From Ruminococcus sp. (GTDB lineage Bacteria; Bacillota; Clostridia; Oscillospirales; Ruminococcaceae): a stretch of DNA of 64,000 nucleotides. Of this stretch, positions 28,778 through 38,258 are shown piece by piece. Each line of letters starts with the position of its first letter. The stretch's first letter is position 1. The translations under genes and the position numbers were made by a program. The notes beneath the pieces are model-generated. The model did no database searches and was not told the DNA's origin. It saw only the letters and a list, made by a program, of their open reading frames with translations. The stretch covers positions 28,931-92,930 of the forward strand of contig JAJQIB010000020.1 of NCBI GenBank assembly GCA_021199375.1. The letters run 5' to 3'.

Positions 28778-31700
28778 ATGGTTAAGAATAAGATTTTGAA
28801 ACGTATCGTGGCAGGTCTTAGCTGTATTGCGTTATCTACAACTATGCTTACGAGTTTACCTGCTTTTGCCGATGATTATGTTGACGAATATCAATATTAC
28901 TCAACGTTAGATCCTAATGGTGAAGAGTACCAAGAATGGAAATCAAATCTGGCAAGTTCTGCTGTAAGTGTTCCCCAAAATAGAATGCTTAAAAGTATTC
29001 TCAAAAATAATACTTTAATAGCAAATGACTACATTGAGTTCAACACTGCAAGTAATGGGCACTATACTATTGGTACAACAGGAGGAAACCCTAATAGTTC
29101 AACTGATGATAATAAAAAGATGCTTTTCGGTCATCCGGGTGGAGGAACATCAAAAACAACAATTGTTGTCGGCGAGAACAAAAATGAATTTACATCATCA
29201 AATGTAACTTATGATGCTGATGGATCTAAAAGTGTCTCCAAAGCCACTTACGATGGTGTTGATGTCACACAAGAATTATCTATTATAGAGAATTCTGCGA
29301 CAGGACGAGATGATGTTGTTCAGATTAAGTATATCGTTAAAAATGATACAGAGTACGAGAAGCAAGTGGGCATAAGAATTATGATGGACACTATGCTCGG
29401 AGGTAATGATGCTGCACCATTCAGAGTTAATGGCTCTGATGTAACAACTGAAACTGAATATACGGGTTCTAGTATTCCACAAATATGGCAAGCCTTTGAT
29501 TCTGCAACTAATCCCGGTGTAGTAGCACAAGGAACATTCTACAAATCGGGTGACAGAAAGCCCGATAAAGTACAATTTACTAATTGGGGAAATGTATCAC
29601 ACACACTTTGGGATTACGTGACTCATCCAGCAGTTTCCAATGGAGATAGTGCGGTATCCATAACATGGAACAAAGATACTTTCTCCAGTGGTGAAACAAG
29701 AGAATTTGTTACCTATTACGGATTGAGTGAGTTAGAACAAGATTTAGTTCCTCCTATTGCTCTTAGTGTTTATGCTGATAATACATTAGAATACGGAAAT
29801 GGACAATATGGAAATGCAAATCTTTCGATTTATTTAGACAACATAAGCGACGTAAATGTTAACAATGTAGTGCTTTCCATATCTACTCCAACTTATCTTG
29901 AAAAGGTAACGGGTTTAAATTCACCAGTAACATATTCAGTGATGTCATCGGGAAGTCATAAAGCTCTTAATTTATCATACAAGCTTAAGCAAAGCATTAA
30001 TGTGGCAGAAGATTTAGAAGATGAAATCAAGATAACGCTTACTTATCCTCTCGATGCGGAGAACAATGAGGTAAAGGAAATAACCAAGAAGATAAAAATT
30101 CCTAAAATTGATAAAGCAATAGTAATTGTTCCAGGTATAATGGGTTCCCAGTTGTTTAGGGAAAATGGGGATAGGTGTTGGGAACCTTTTTGGCTTAATG
30201 AAGATATGAGTGTTGATTGGGATGATGATTTTATTATAAACGGCTTAATGATTAGAAGTATGGTAGCTGATTTGATGCACATCAGTTGCGATAACAATGG
30301 AGAATCAGATGATCCTATTAATCTTGGCACACAGTTTTATGGAACCATGGATGTTTATGAAAAACTACATAATAAATTAAATCAAGCAAATTTTAATGAA
30401 AACACTGATGTAATCTTCTATGCTTATGATTGGAGATTAGATATTAATTCGCAGCTCTCTGACTTGTACAATAAAGTGAAAGATTATGATGATATTAACT
30501 TTGTTGCTCATAGTATGGGTGGATTATTGGTTGATGGATATGTCAACAACTATGATACAAGTAAGATATCTAAAGTAGTAACTCTTGGTACACCATTTGG
30601 GGGCGCTCCTCTTGCTGGTAAAGTATTATTAAGTGGTGATTTATCAGATGTTTTGGGATACGATGAGTTAGGGTATGCAGGACCGTTTGTACAAAGCCTT
30701 GCCAATAATTTCACAAGCATTTATGAATTGTTGCCAAATGAGGATTATATCTATACAAGCAGTTGGTTAAATCGACGCACCATTGCTTATACTGGTGAAT
30801 GGTGGGAATTCTGGAAAACAGAAAGCGTCGATGAACCTTTGAATTACTCAGAAACAAATTCTATTATTGGGGATGTTTGTAACAATAAGTTATTAAACAA
30901 GGCAATTGACTTCCAAAATTCACTTGATGATAACGCATATAATGGTATAGAAACTATTGCATTCATTGGTAATAGTAACACAGATACTTTTGCTTCTATG
31001 TCATGTGCCTATACAAGTGAGGGCTTTTTTACAATGCCATCGTACGCAAATAGTACGGCAACTGGTGATTCTATAGTTCCGCTGATAAGTGCAAAGCAGC
31101 GATTTAAGGATTACAAGGTCTATGGAAAAAATCATATGGGTCTTGCAACCGATGATCAGGTACTTGAAGATGTTGTAACATTTCTGAAAAATGGCAAAAG
31201 CTCTCTTCAGGGTGGCTACATTACTCAGGCAAAAGCAAGGAAGCTTCTCGCATCATCAACTCCATCCTATAATTATCAACTCGCTTTTAAGGGAAACATG
31301 AATATGTCCGCTGTCAGTGATGATAGTGAGTATAATTTAATTCTTAGTAAAGCAAATGATAGTTGGTTTGGTATCTACGACAATAGTGAAGAATTCCGAA
31401 TCGACAGAATGGGCAATCTTAATAATCAGGAAATGTATATATGTACTTATTCTGATAACAAGTATACTTATACTTTTGAGTCCTTAGAAGACCAAACTGT
31501 CGACTTTGTATTCTCAAATGGTGAAGATTCGTTTGTTGCTGCTGGAATAGTGGTTTCAGAAGGAACAACAGTGTTGGTTAATACGCAAAATAAAACAGTA
31601 ACTGTTAATGATGCGACTTATAGATTTAGAAATATTAATCCCATCACACTTAATGAGAATGATATTTCTTTGAAATCTAAAAATGTGTACAATGACATAA

Positions 31701-32110
31701 TTACTAATACTATAGCAGCGCGAATTAAACTGTCAAATCTTTCAGGTAAGGAAATTGATATCAACAACCTTGAAATAGTTTACCTTTATGATAATGATAA
31801 TAATATAAACGAGATATTTGAATGCGACTGGGCTGGACTTGATAACGTAACAATTAATAGTTCTGTTATTGGTAATATTTCGTATGATGAGGAGCTTGAA
31901 TGCTCAAAGATAACATTGAGCTTTAATCAGGTTGAAAACAGCATTTTACCTGAGAATACTGATTTAGATGTTCATTTCCGAGTACACACAATGAGTTGGG
32001 ATAATTATGATATTTCCAACGATTACTCATTGAATGGTGGAGACTACTCAGAAAATGACAGGATTTTAGTTTATTATAATGGGGTTTTGGTGAGTGGAAA
32101 TGCCGAATAA
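28778..32110 (+). CDS. Secreted multidomain protein: unknown N-domain, LCAT/PGAP1-like lipase-acyltransferase, C-terminal CBM3
   Basis: Signal peptide ...LPAFA; IVPGIMGS, YDWRL, AHSMGG, TLGTPFGGAP, GDSIVP, NHMGL; CBM3-like ECDWAG...FRVHTMSWDNYDISNDYS...ILVYYNGVLVSG. Confidence 0.8.
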   Translation: MVKNKILKRIVAGLSCIALSTTMLTSLPAFADDYVDEYQYYSTLDPNGEEYQEWKSNLASSAVSVPQNRMLKSILKNNTLIANDYIEFNTASNGHYTIGTTGGNPNSSTDDNKKMLFGHPGGGTSKTTIVVGENKNEFTSSNVTYDADGSKSVSKATYDGVDVTQELSIIENSATGRDDVVQIKYIVKNDTEYEKQVGIRIMMDTMLGGNDAAPFRVNGSDVTTETEYTGSSIPQIWQAFDSATNPGVVAQGTFYKSGDRKPDKVQFTNWGNVSHTLWDYVTHPAVSNGDSAVSITWNKDTFSSGETREFVTYYGLSELEQDLVPPIALSVYADNTLEYGNGQYGNANLSIYLDNISDVNVNNVVLSISTPTYLEKVTGLNSPVTYSVMSSGSHKALNLSYKLKQSINVAEDLEDEIKITLTYPLDAENNEVKEITKKIKIPKIDKAIVIVPGIMGSQLFRENGDRCWEPFWLNEDMSVDWDDDFIINGLMIRSMVADLMHISCDNNGESDDPINLGTQFYGTMDVYEKLHNKLNQANFNENTDVIFYAYDWRLDINSQLSDLYNKVKDYDDINFVAHSMGGLLVDGYVNNYDTSKISKVVTLGTPFGGAPLAGKVLLSGDLSDVLGYDELGYAGPFVQSLANNFTSIYELLPNEDYIYTSSWLNRRTIAYTGEWWEFWKTESVDEPLNYSETNSIIGDVCNNKLLNKAIDFQNSLDDNAYNGIETIAFIGNSNTDTFASMSCAYTSEGFFTMPSYANSTATGDSIVPLISAKQRFKDYKVYGKNHMGLATDDQVLEDVVTFLKNGKSSLQGGYITQAKARKLLASSTPSYNYQLAFKGNMNMSAVSDDSEYNLILSKANDSWFGIYDNSEEFRIDRMGNLNNQEMYICTYSDNKYTYTFESLEDQTVDFVFSNGEDSFVAAGIVVSEGTTVLVNTQNKTVTVNDATYRFRNINPITLNENDISLKSKNVYNDIITNTIAARIKLSNLSGKEIDINNLEIVYLYDNDNNINEIFECDWAGLDNVTINSSVIGNISYDEELECSKITLSFNQVENSILPENTDLDVHFRVHTMSWDNYDISNDYSLNGGDYSENDRILVYYNGVLVSGNAE

Positions 32111-33050
32111 ACTACTCTCGAGTCAGAAACCCTTAATAATAACTTCTCTTATAATAGCTTTGCTATCAATCGTTATCATTCCCGTTGTTATGAAACAACT
32201 AAGAAATATCAAAGCAGATATTAACCAGTATGATTCATATGCCAATGTAATTAAAGACTATTCCTTTGTTCTTGGGTGTCAAAATACAGTAAAATGCCAA
32301 GTTACAAAGTCCAGCGACTATAGCAGAAAATATGTATATAACACTTATTATGACAGTGATGATAAGGTAATATTCCAATACGGATTGTTTCAAAACAGCT
32401 ACAAGTACGAAAAGCAGGAATTGTTCAAAGGAATTAACCTTGTAAAGCCATTCCCCGAAGCAGCACTTCCAAATCATGCTGACACCCACATGGAGTTCAG
32501 GCATTATCAAAGTAAATGTGAACCTGATATTGTATTTGACCCCGACAATCCTCATGATCAATTAGCTTTATCTTTTGGCAGTTCGATGAGCTATAAAGAA
32601 GTAATGGAGTACAACACAAGACTTAATGATTTAGGGTATGCCGTTAAGTTTTGTTGGGTAGATACCTATCTTCCTGATGATGTTACAGCTTCTTCTAAGT
32701 ATGCAGCTGGTCATCACATTCCGCAAACAGTTAGTGGATATGAGTTATATTCTGATTATGATACTGCTTATGGATTCTTACTCTATGATCATGACTATCT
32801 TAACAAGACTGAGTTCGATGCCCCTGCTCAAAGATTTATTGATATTATTTCAACTCAGTATGAAGATAACTTTATGTCAGAAAAATTGAACAACATTAGA
32901 GAAAAGCTGAAACAAAAAGATGCGCTAAGTGTGGATAAGTTGGAAATTATAGGTGTCGTTCTGGAAAAGGAAGACGGCAAGCAGTTTACCGCCGATGAGA
33001 TTTATAATATCACTAATAATGACGAATTGGTTGTATTTGCTTATTCCTAA
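32094..33050 (+). CDS. Single-TM extracytoplasmic protein with a Sigma_reg_C-like domain
   Basis: Overlaps the upstream gene by 17 nt; ALSFGSSMSYKEV, FCWVDTY, AYGF, LEIIGVV motifs. Confidence 0.55.
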   Translation: MEMPNKLLSSQKPLIITSLIIALLSIVIIPVVMKQLRNIKADINQYDSYANVIKDYSFVLGCQNTVKCQVTKSSDYSRKYVYNTYYDSDDKVIFQYGLFQNSYKYEKQELFKGINLVKPFPEAALPNHADTHMEFRHYQSKCEPDIVFDPDNPHDQLALSFGSSMSYKEVMEYNTRLNDLGYAVKFCWVDTYLPDDVTASSKYAAGHHIPQTVSGYELYSDYDTAYGFLLYDHDYLNKTEFDAPAQRFIDIISTQYEDNFMSEKLNNIREKLKQKDALSVDKLEIIGVVLEKEDGKQFTADEIYNITNNDELVVFAYS

Positions 33051-33298
33051 AATTACGGAAATTGAATAACTTTGCTTTTACCCATAGCCTATTGGCGCAC
33101 CTGTTTTTCGTTCCACACAAGTCTGAATAGTCATTGTGGCGCACACCACAACAGGCACAAACTCTATTGGAACTGAATAACCGCAAGCCCTCGGAAATGC
33201 TCTTGTAAGCGTTTCTGAGGGTTTTTCTTTTTCAGCGGTTAAGTTTTCCGCTCCGCAGGCTCGGACGGCACTGTAGGGCTTTTCCGTTTGCCCGACGG

Positions 33299-33892
33299 TC
33301 AAGCAGAGGTCTGCTCGGTGATGCCGTGACGGAGTTCATACTCACGCACACGGCGATAGAAAGTGTTAGCTGACAATCCCATTCTCCGCATAAAGTCCCT
33401 GCCCGTAATGTTCTTCGACTTCCATTCCCCATAGAGCTGCCCGAACCTCGTCCAGTCGGTGGGGATAGGCTTTCGCCCGGTGTACTTGCCCTGTGCCTTA
33501 GCGATCTCGATGCCCTCACGCTGTCGCTGTTTGAGCTGTTCACGCTCCAATTGTGAGAGGGCTGCGAACACGGTCAACATGAATTTTCCTGACGGTGTAT
33601 CGGTGTCGATTTTCTCCTTGTGGCTGACGATGATTACTCCCTTTTCGGTGAGCGTGTCGATGATGTTCAGCAAGTCCTTCGTGGAGCGCCCCAGACGGCT
33701 GATACTCTCGATGTAGAGCGTATCGCCCTCACGCACATAGTCCAGCATTGCCCTGAGCTGAGGACGGTCTGTGTCCGCTCCTGACAGCTTCTCGGAGAAG
33801 ATGCGGTCAACCTGATAGTCGCACATGATCTCATGCTGTCTCGCTGTTTCCTGATGTTCCGTTGAAACTCTGATGTATCCTATTTTGCTCAT
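33299..33892 (-). CDS. Small serine recombinase (resolvase/invertase) with C-terminal HTH
   Basis: GYIRVST, SGADTDRPQL, SISRLGRS motifs. Confidence 0.92.
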   Translation of the reverse strand: MSKIGYIRVSTEHQETARQHEIMCDYQVDRIFSEKLSGADTDRPQLRAMLDYVREGDTLYIESISRLGRSTKDLLNIIDTLTEKGVIIVSHKEKIDTDTPSGKFMLTVFAALSQLEREQLKQRQREGIEIAKAQGKYTGRKPIPTDWTRFGQLYGEWKSKNITGRDFMRRMGLSANTFYRRVREYELRHGITEQTSA

Positions 33893-33943
33893 AGCTTTTG
33901 TTTCCTTTCTGATGTAAAATTTTTTCTTTTTGTTGATTGACGG

Positions 33944-34019
33944 TTGACTTATTGGTGGTGATGATGTATAATTACTGATAAGGGTAGGCACTTAGCTTGC
34001 TCGTGAAAATCGGAATTTA
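33944..34019 (+). repeat. Cassette 5' site 1: promoter, TAAGGGTAGGCA box, 16 nt, AAATCGGAATTT
   Basis: TTGACT-N17-TATAAT (33944-33972), box 33979-33990, IR 34007-34018; homologous to 37082-37157. Confidence 0.75.
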
Positions 34020-34033
34020 GAGGAGTAGCACTT

Positions 34034-34495
34034 ATGGATTTTTTAGATTTAGATGATGAAGTATTGAATGATGTCCAGAAAGTAATGAGCTATGATTCCT
34101 CTATTCCGCTTCATTATAGGATTTTAGGAAAACTGAACTATAATGATGATCTTCGCAATTGTATCAGATTTATTGAAGCAAATAGAAGTCTATTTATGGA
34201 TGAATACGCTTATCTGATGCTTGAATCAGCAGTTGAGATGTGCCTTAATTCTGTTGTCAATGAGGATGGAGAGATATTTAATCTTTCAGATATCCCCAAA
34301 AATCATACTTATAAACCCGCTCCAATGGAACTGGAATACATCGAGTATCTTCTCAAAAATGGAGCAAGTCCGCTTCTTCCAAAACATTTTAATCAGTATG
34401 AACATATTGAAGATATGGAGGAAGATTGTTCTAATCAGATGGGTGTTCAATTTATATTGTCAGAGGTGAAAATGCTATTTGACAAATACTGCTAA
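34034..34495 (+). CDS. Hypothetical acidic cargo protein, 153 aa
   Basis: gaggag RBS; AT-rich; opposite strand to the flanking backbone genes. Confidence 0.75.
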   Translation: MDFLDLDDEVLNDVQKVMSYDSSIPLHYRILGKLNYNDDLRNCIRFIEANRSLFMDEYAYLMLESAVEMCLNSVVNEDGEIFNLSDIPKNHTYKPAPMELEYIEYLLKNGASPLLPKHFNQYEHIEDMEEDCSNQMGVQFILSEVKMLFDKYC

Positions 34496-34516
34496 ATTCT
34501 GATTTTTCTAAGTAAC
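34493..34516 (+). repeat. Cassette 3' site 1
   Basis: TAAATTCTGATTTTTCTAAGTAAC; 20/24 identical to 37660-37683; first 13 nt are a 12/13 inverted repeat of 34007-34019. Confidence 0.75.
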
Positions 34517-34529
34517 TATACATATCCTC

Positions 34530-34567
34530 AATGGCAAGGAGAAACCACTCTCCTTGCCGTTATTTTT
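34530..34567. terminator. Terminator between the cargo gene and the relaxase
   Basis: atggcaaggaga / tctccttgccgt stem plus T tract. Confidence 0.75.
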
Positions 34568-35978
34568 ATTCAAGCTGACTTTTCTTTCTCTTGGCAGATT
34601 GTTCGTTTTCCATATATCGGGAAAGTGTTCTCTGACTGTCACGCTTCTGCTGTGCAAGCCTTGAAAGCCTGTCCGCTTCTTTCTTTAGGGCTTTACGCTC
34701 CGCACTCATCTTGGCATAATCCTCACGGGCTTTCTTCAGCTCGTCCTGCAAGTCCTTGATCTTGGGAATAACGCCATTCGGAAACAGTTCTTTCAGCTTT
34801 TTACGACACTCATGATACTGGTCGAGTTCGTAACGGCAGTTCTCCCCATATTTCTTTTTAGCCTTTCCCTCCAAAGAAGAATAGTTCTTGTAATAGACCT
34901 TATACTTGCGGTATTCCTCGATAGCCGGAATTTGCTCCTCCAAAGCGTGGATACGGTCGCTCAATTCAAACTGCGGTGTTGACATGACCATAAATTCGGC
35001 AAGTGCCCTGTGAGCTGCGCTCTCCAATTCTTCAAGGGTGGAATTGCTTGCGTTCATCTCGTTGAGTGCCTTGCTTACCACCTTCATATTCTCACGGTCT
35101 GCCCAATTCGTCAAACCCTGAGACAGCTGAAATTTCTCGGTTGTGGTGCGAATAATTCTCGCTGTCGGGCGGTGCGACATTTGGTACTTGTAACTCTCGA
35201 TACGCTTTCTGATCTGCTGGCTCTCATAGAAGTAGCCCAGCGTTTTTGCTCTTGTAAACTTCGCCCTCGGATTGCGTTCCTTTTGCTCCGCAAGCATAAA
35301 TTTCAGGTCTATTTTGTGGTCGGGATTGTAGTCAACCAATATGCCGAAATCAGCACACTTTGCAAGGAAATCCTCAAAATCCTCGCTGACCTTGATAACC
35401 TCGTCAATGGCTCGTTTAAGCTGTTCTTTCCACGAAAGATTTTGCTTGTCAAGCTCCCACTCCCAATGGCTCTTACCCTTTGAAAGATGCGGATTTTCAA
35501 TGATAGAAAGTCCGTGTTTCCTGCAAAGTTCGTCCGAAATCGTGCGGAGTTTGCTCCACGCTCGGTCGGGAATTTTGCCCTGATTATGCTCGGTTTCAAA
35601 GGTCTTGCCCGTGTAGAAATTTACATTGTTCACGATGATGTGATTATGGATATGCTCATGGTCGCAATGCACAGCTAAAACATACTGATACTCGTCATTG
35701 AAAAATGCCTTGCAAAGCTCCTGCCCGATAAGCAAAGCCCGTTCGGGAGTGACCTCTCCGGGGGCAAAGCTCTGAATTATGTGCTGGCACTCGCTTCGGC
35801 TTCGTCCTGTGCCGACTGACTGCCTGATGTTCCTAAACTGTTCTGATGCTCCACATGGAGTAGATACGCACAAGTTGCTAACAACATATTTGCCGTCTGC
35901 GGTTTTGTCTGGGTTGCAGATATAAGCAATTGCGCCGTATGTTCCCGTGTGGATCGTATGGATACGAGTAACTGCCAA
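34566..35978 (-). CDS. Relaxase/mobilisation nuclease (MOBP-like)
   Basis: AIAYICNP (catalytic Y), HIIQSFAPGE, HCDHEHIHNH 3H motif. Confidence 0.9.
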   Translation of the reverse strand: MAVTRIHTIHTGTYGAIAYICNPDKTADGKYVVSNLCVSTPCGASEQFRNIRQSVGTGRSRSECQHIIQSFAPGEVTPERALLIGQELCKAFFNDEYQYVLAVHCDHEHIHNHIIVNNVNFYTGKTFETEHNQGKIPDRAWSKLRTISDELCRKHGLSIIENPHLSKGKSHWEWELDKQNLSWKEQLKRAIDEVIKVSEDFEDFLAKCADFGILVDYNPDHKIDLKFMLAEQKERNPRAKFTRAKTLGYFYESQQIRKRIESYKYQMSHRPTARIIRTTTEKFQLSQGLTNWADRENMKVVSKALNEMNASNSTLEELESAAHRALAEFMVMSTPQFELSDRIHALEEQIPAIEEYRKYKVYYKNYSSLEGKAKKKYGENCRYELDQYHECRKKLKELFPNGVIPKIKDLQDELKKAREDYAKMSAERKALKKEADRLSRLAQQKRDSQRTLSRYMENEQSAKRKKSQLE

Positions 35979-36529
35979 ACTTCCTCTAACCTCGCTTTCA
36001 TATCGGCAATATCCTCATCGTAGAGTTTGCCGCCTTTATTCACTCTATGGGCTACCTGATTGAACGAATTGGAGATAGATGAGATGTATCGTGCTATCTG
36101 TTTTATGTCCTCGGTATCTTCCTCAACATTCATCACGGTGAGTGCAGAATATCTGCAAAAATCACCCCTGCTTCTGAAACTTGTTTCAGTATATCGGCGG
36201 TTGATTGCTTCAAGCTCCATATCGTTCACTCTGAATGTGATAAGGTGCTTGCGTACCTCGCTCGGCTCGGTGTCCTGCGGTGGGGATTCGCCCTCGGTGG
36301 TTTCGGGCGGTTCTGTGAAATCCACCTCGCCCGATTCCGTGACTTCCAACATTGGAACAGGCTCGGCAGTGGTGTCCTCGGCGGTATCTGTTTCGGGATT
36401 ATCGGACAGCGTATCCGCCTGCATTTCGTCCGCATAGGTGTGGGCAAGTTTCTCCGCAAGCTCCTCGACTTGCTTATGCTTGAACAGCTTTGCAAGGAAG
36501 CCTTTTTCTGGCTTTTTGAATATTGACAT
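35777..36529 (-). CDS. mobC: MobC relaxosome accessory protein with acidic N-terminal extension
   Basis: ITFRVNDMELEAI RHH and ISSISNSFNQVAHRVN MobC motif; overlaps the relaxase start. Confidence 0.8.
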   Translation of the reverse strand: MSIFKKPEKGFLAKLFKHKQVEELAEKLAHTYADEMQADTLSDNPETDTAEDTTAEPVPMLEVTESGEVDFTEPPETTEGESPPQDTEPSEVRKHLITFRVNDMELEAINRRYTETSFRSRGDFCRYSALTVMNVEEDTEDIKQIARYISSISNSFNQVAHRVNKGGKLYDEDIADMKARLEEVWQLLVSIRSTREHTAQLLISATQTKPQTANMLLATCAYLLHVEHQNSLGTSGSQSAQDEAEASAST

Positions 36530-36602
36530 TGTGTTGTCCTCACTTTCTCGGCGGTTCTGCCGCCGTTCTTCGATTGCTCCTGCAATCGCTCTCAGGGGTC
36601 TT

Positions 36603-36667
36603 AGGGGAATTTTCCCCTGACAAGCCGTATAAAGTTTACGATTTTCCATAATCGTAATACTTTATAC
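36603..36667. promoter_or_regulatory. Candidate oriT (paired inverted repeats upstream of mobC)
   Basis: aggggaa / ttcccct and a 41-bp imperfect palindrome gtataaagtttacgatt...aatcgtaatactttatac. Confidence 0.35.
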
Positions 36668-37081
36668 CGTGCTTGTGAAAATTGATCGGGCGTTTCACGC
36701 CCTCACTTGTTTTTCGCTGTTTCACGGCGTTTTTTCACGCTCCTGCGTGATTTGGAGCTATGCGACTTTCTCTCTGTTCCGCACGGCTCTGAGAGTATTT
36801 TACCGGGGTTCGGCGCAGTTATGATGCTGGGTGGGCGGCAGTCTGGTGAAACCTTCCGTTCGGCTCTCCCTGAGCCGATTTTGAATGTCGATATGTTTAT
36901 CGTTACATTCAAATTTCTGCCCTGCCTGACCGCCCATGAAAATACCCTTCTACTTTACTACCGACGTTTTTGAGAAAATGCTCATGATTTTCCGAAAAGT
37001 TTACAGTTTGTTCATGACGATTCTCCCTCTTGCATAGTTTCAACATGGAATTTCTGTGTATGATGACGGTGATTTCAGAGG

Positions 37082-37157
37082 TTGCTTTTTCGGGGACGGT
37101 ATGATATAATTTAGGGGTAAGAGTAGGCATATGGCTTTCTTACGCAAATCGGAATTT
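37082..37157 (+). repeat. Cassette 5' site 2: promoter, TAAGAGTAGGCA box, 16 nt, AAATCGGAATTT
   Basis: TTGCTT-N17-TATAAT (37082-37110), box 37118-37129, IR 37146-37157. Confidence 0.75.
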
Positions 37158-37170
37158 GAGGAGATATTAT

Positions 37171-37662
37171 ATGGCTGAGATATGGGATGCATATGATAAT
37201 GAATTTAATAAAATAAAGAATATTACATTATTGAGAGGAGAACCAATTCCTGATGGCATATATCATTTGGTGGGTGAAGTTATTGTTAAACATATAGATG
37301 GCACTTACTTGATTATGCAAAGAGATTTTGAAAAAAAATTCGGTGGAATGTGGGAGTTGACAGCAGGTGGTTCTGCATTGCAAGGTGAAACGCCTTTAGA
37401 GTGTGCAGTAAGGGAATTGAAAGAAGAAACAGGTATTGAAGCATTACAAATTATGGAAATTGGGAGATTTGTGCAAGATGTTAACCACTCTCTTTATGCT
37501 GAATATCTATGTGTTACTGATTGGAAGAAAAATGCAGTTTCTCTTCAAGAAGGAGAAACTGTCAATTATAGGTGGGTAGATAAAAAGAGCCTTTTGGAAA
37601 TGAGCCAAGACGAGTTAGTATCATCAAGGGCAATCAAACTTATTAAATCATTAGATATATAA
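37171..37662 (+). CDS. NUDIX hydrolase (cargo)
   Basis: Nudix box GGSALQGETPLECAVRELKEETG. Confidence 0.92.
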   Translation: MAEIWDAYDNEFNKIKNITLLRGEPIPDGIYHLVGEVIVKHIDGTYLIMQRDFEKKFGGMWELTAGGSALQGETPLECAVRELKEETGIEALQIMEIGRFVQDVNHSLYAEYLCVTDWKKNAVSLQEGETVNYRWVDKKSLLEMSQDELVSSRAIKLIKSLDI

Positions 37663-37683
37663 ATTATGATTTATCTTAGCAAC
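37660..37683 (+). repeat. Cassette 3' site 2
   Basis: TAAATTATGATTTATCTTAGCAAC, starting at the NUDIX stop codon. Confidence 0.75.
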
Positions 37684-37902
37684 AAAAAACTGAATATCAA
37701 TATCATATGCAGAGCAACACCAGCTCTGCATTTTTTATACCCGATTCAAAATTCCCCATAACATTTTCACGATAAGAAAAGTTTTATGGCGCACTCAACT
37801 TCATGCGCACTGCGAATAGACTTTCACCTCGAAAGTGCGCTATAATTTTAGTATGGGGCTTAAGTATAGGCTCGACTAAAATTTCAGAATGGTGGTGATG
37901 AT

Positions 37903-38241
37903 ATGGCTACGACTTCTATCGCTGACAAGCTGGCGAAACTCGAAAAGAAGATCGCCAAGCGACAGGCTACGATCGCTGAGGAGCAGAAGCAGCTCGACAA
38001 GGAAATGGAGGAGTACAACAAGCTCTATCTGACGGCACTTGCCAACAAGTACAAGCTGAGTGGAAAAGACCTTTTCTCTGCTATCGAGCGTGAGCATGAA
38101 CAGCTTGAAAAGCTCCGTGAGGGTGAGCAGTCCGATGATGATGCGGACAGTAATTCCTCGGTCACGGACGATGAGGAAAAGCAGGACGATACTGCGGTCA
38201 AGCACAGCAGTTTTCCCCATAGCTACTCAGGCGGTAATTGA
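37903..38241 (+). CDS. Coiled-coil hypothetical protein (element backbone)
   Basis: tggtggtg RBS; heptad-rich sequence. Confidence 0.75.
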   Translation: MATTSIADKLAKLEKKIAKRQATIAEEQKQLDKEMEEYNKLYLTALANKYKLSGKDLFSAIEREHEQLEKLREGEQSDDDADSNSSVTDDEEKQDDTAVKHSSFPHSYSGGN

Positions 38242-38258
38242 CGGAAAGGGGGCTTTGA

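Noticed and set aside
34493-34516. Classical integron attC sites
   Set aside because: No RYYYAAC...GTTRRRY pair or attC hairpin, and no IntI tyrosine recombinase; kept as a separate non-attC finding.
36703-37130. Small ORFs between mobC and NUDIX as a replication initiator
   Set aside because: No Rep motifs; overlapping short ORFs in a promoter/oriT region are probably spurious.
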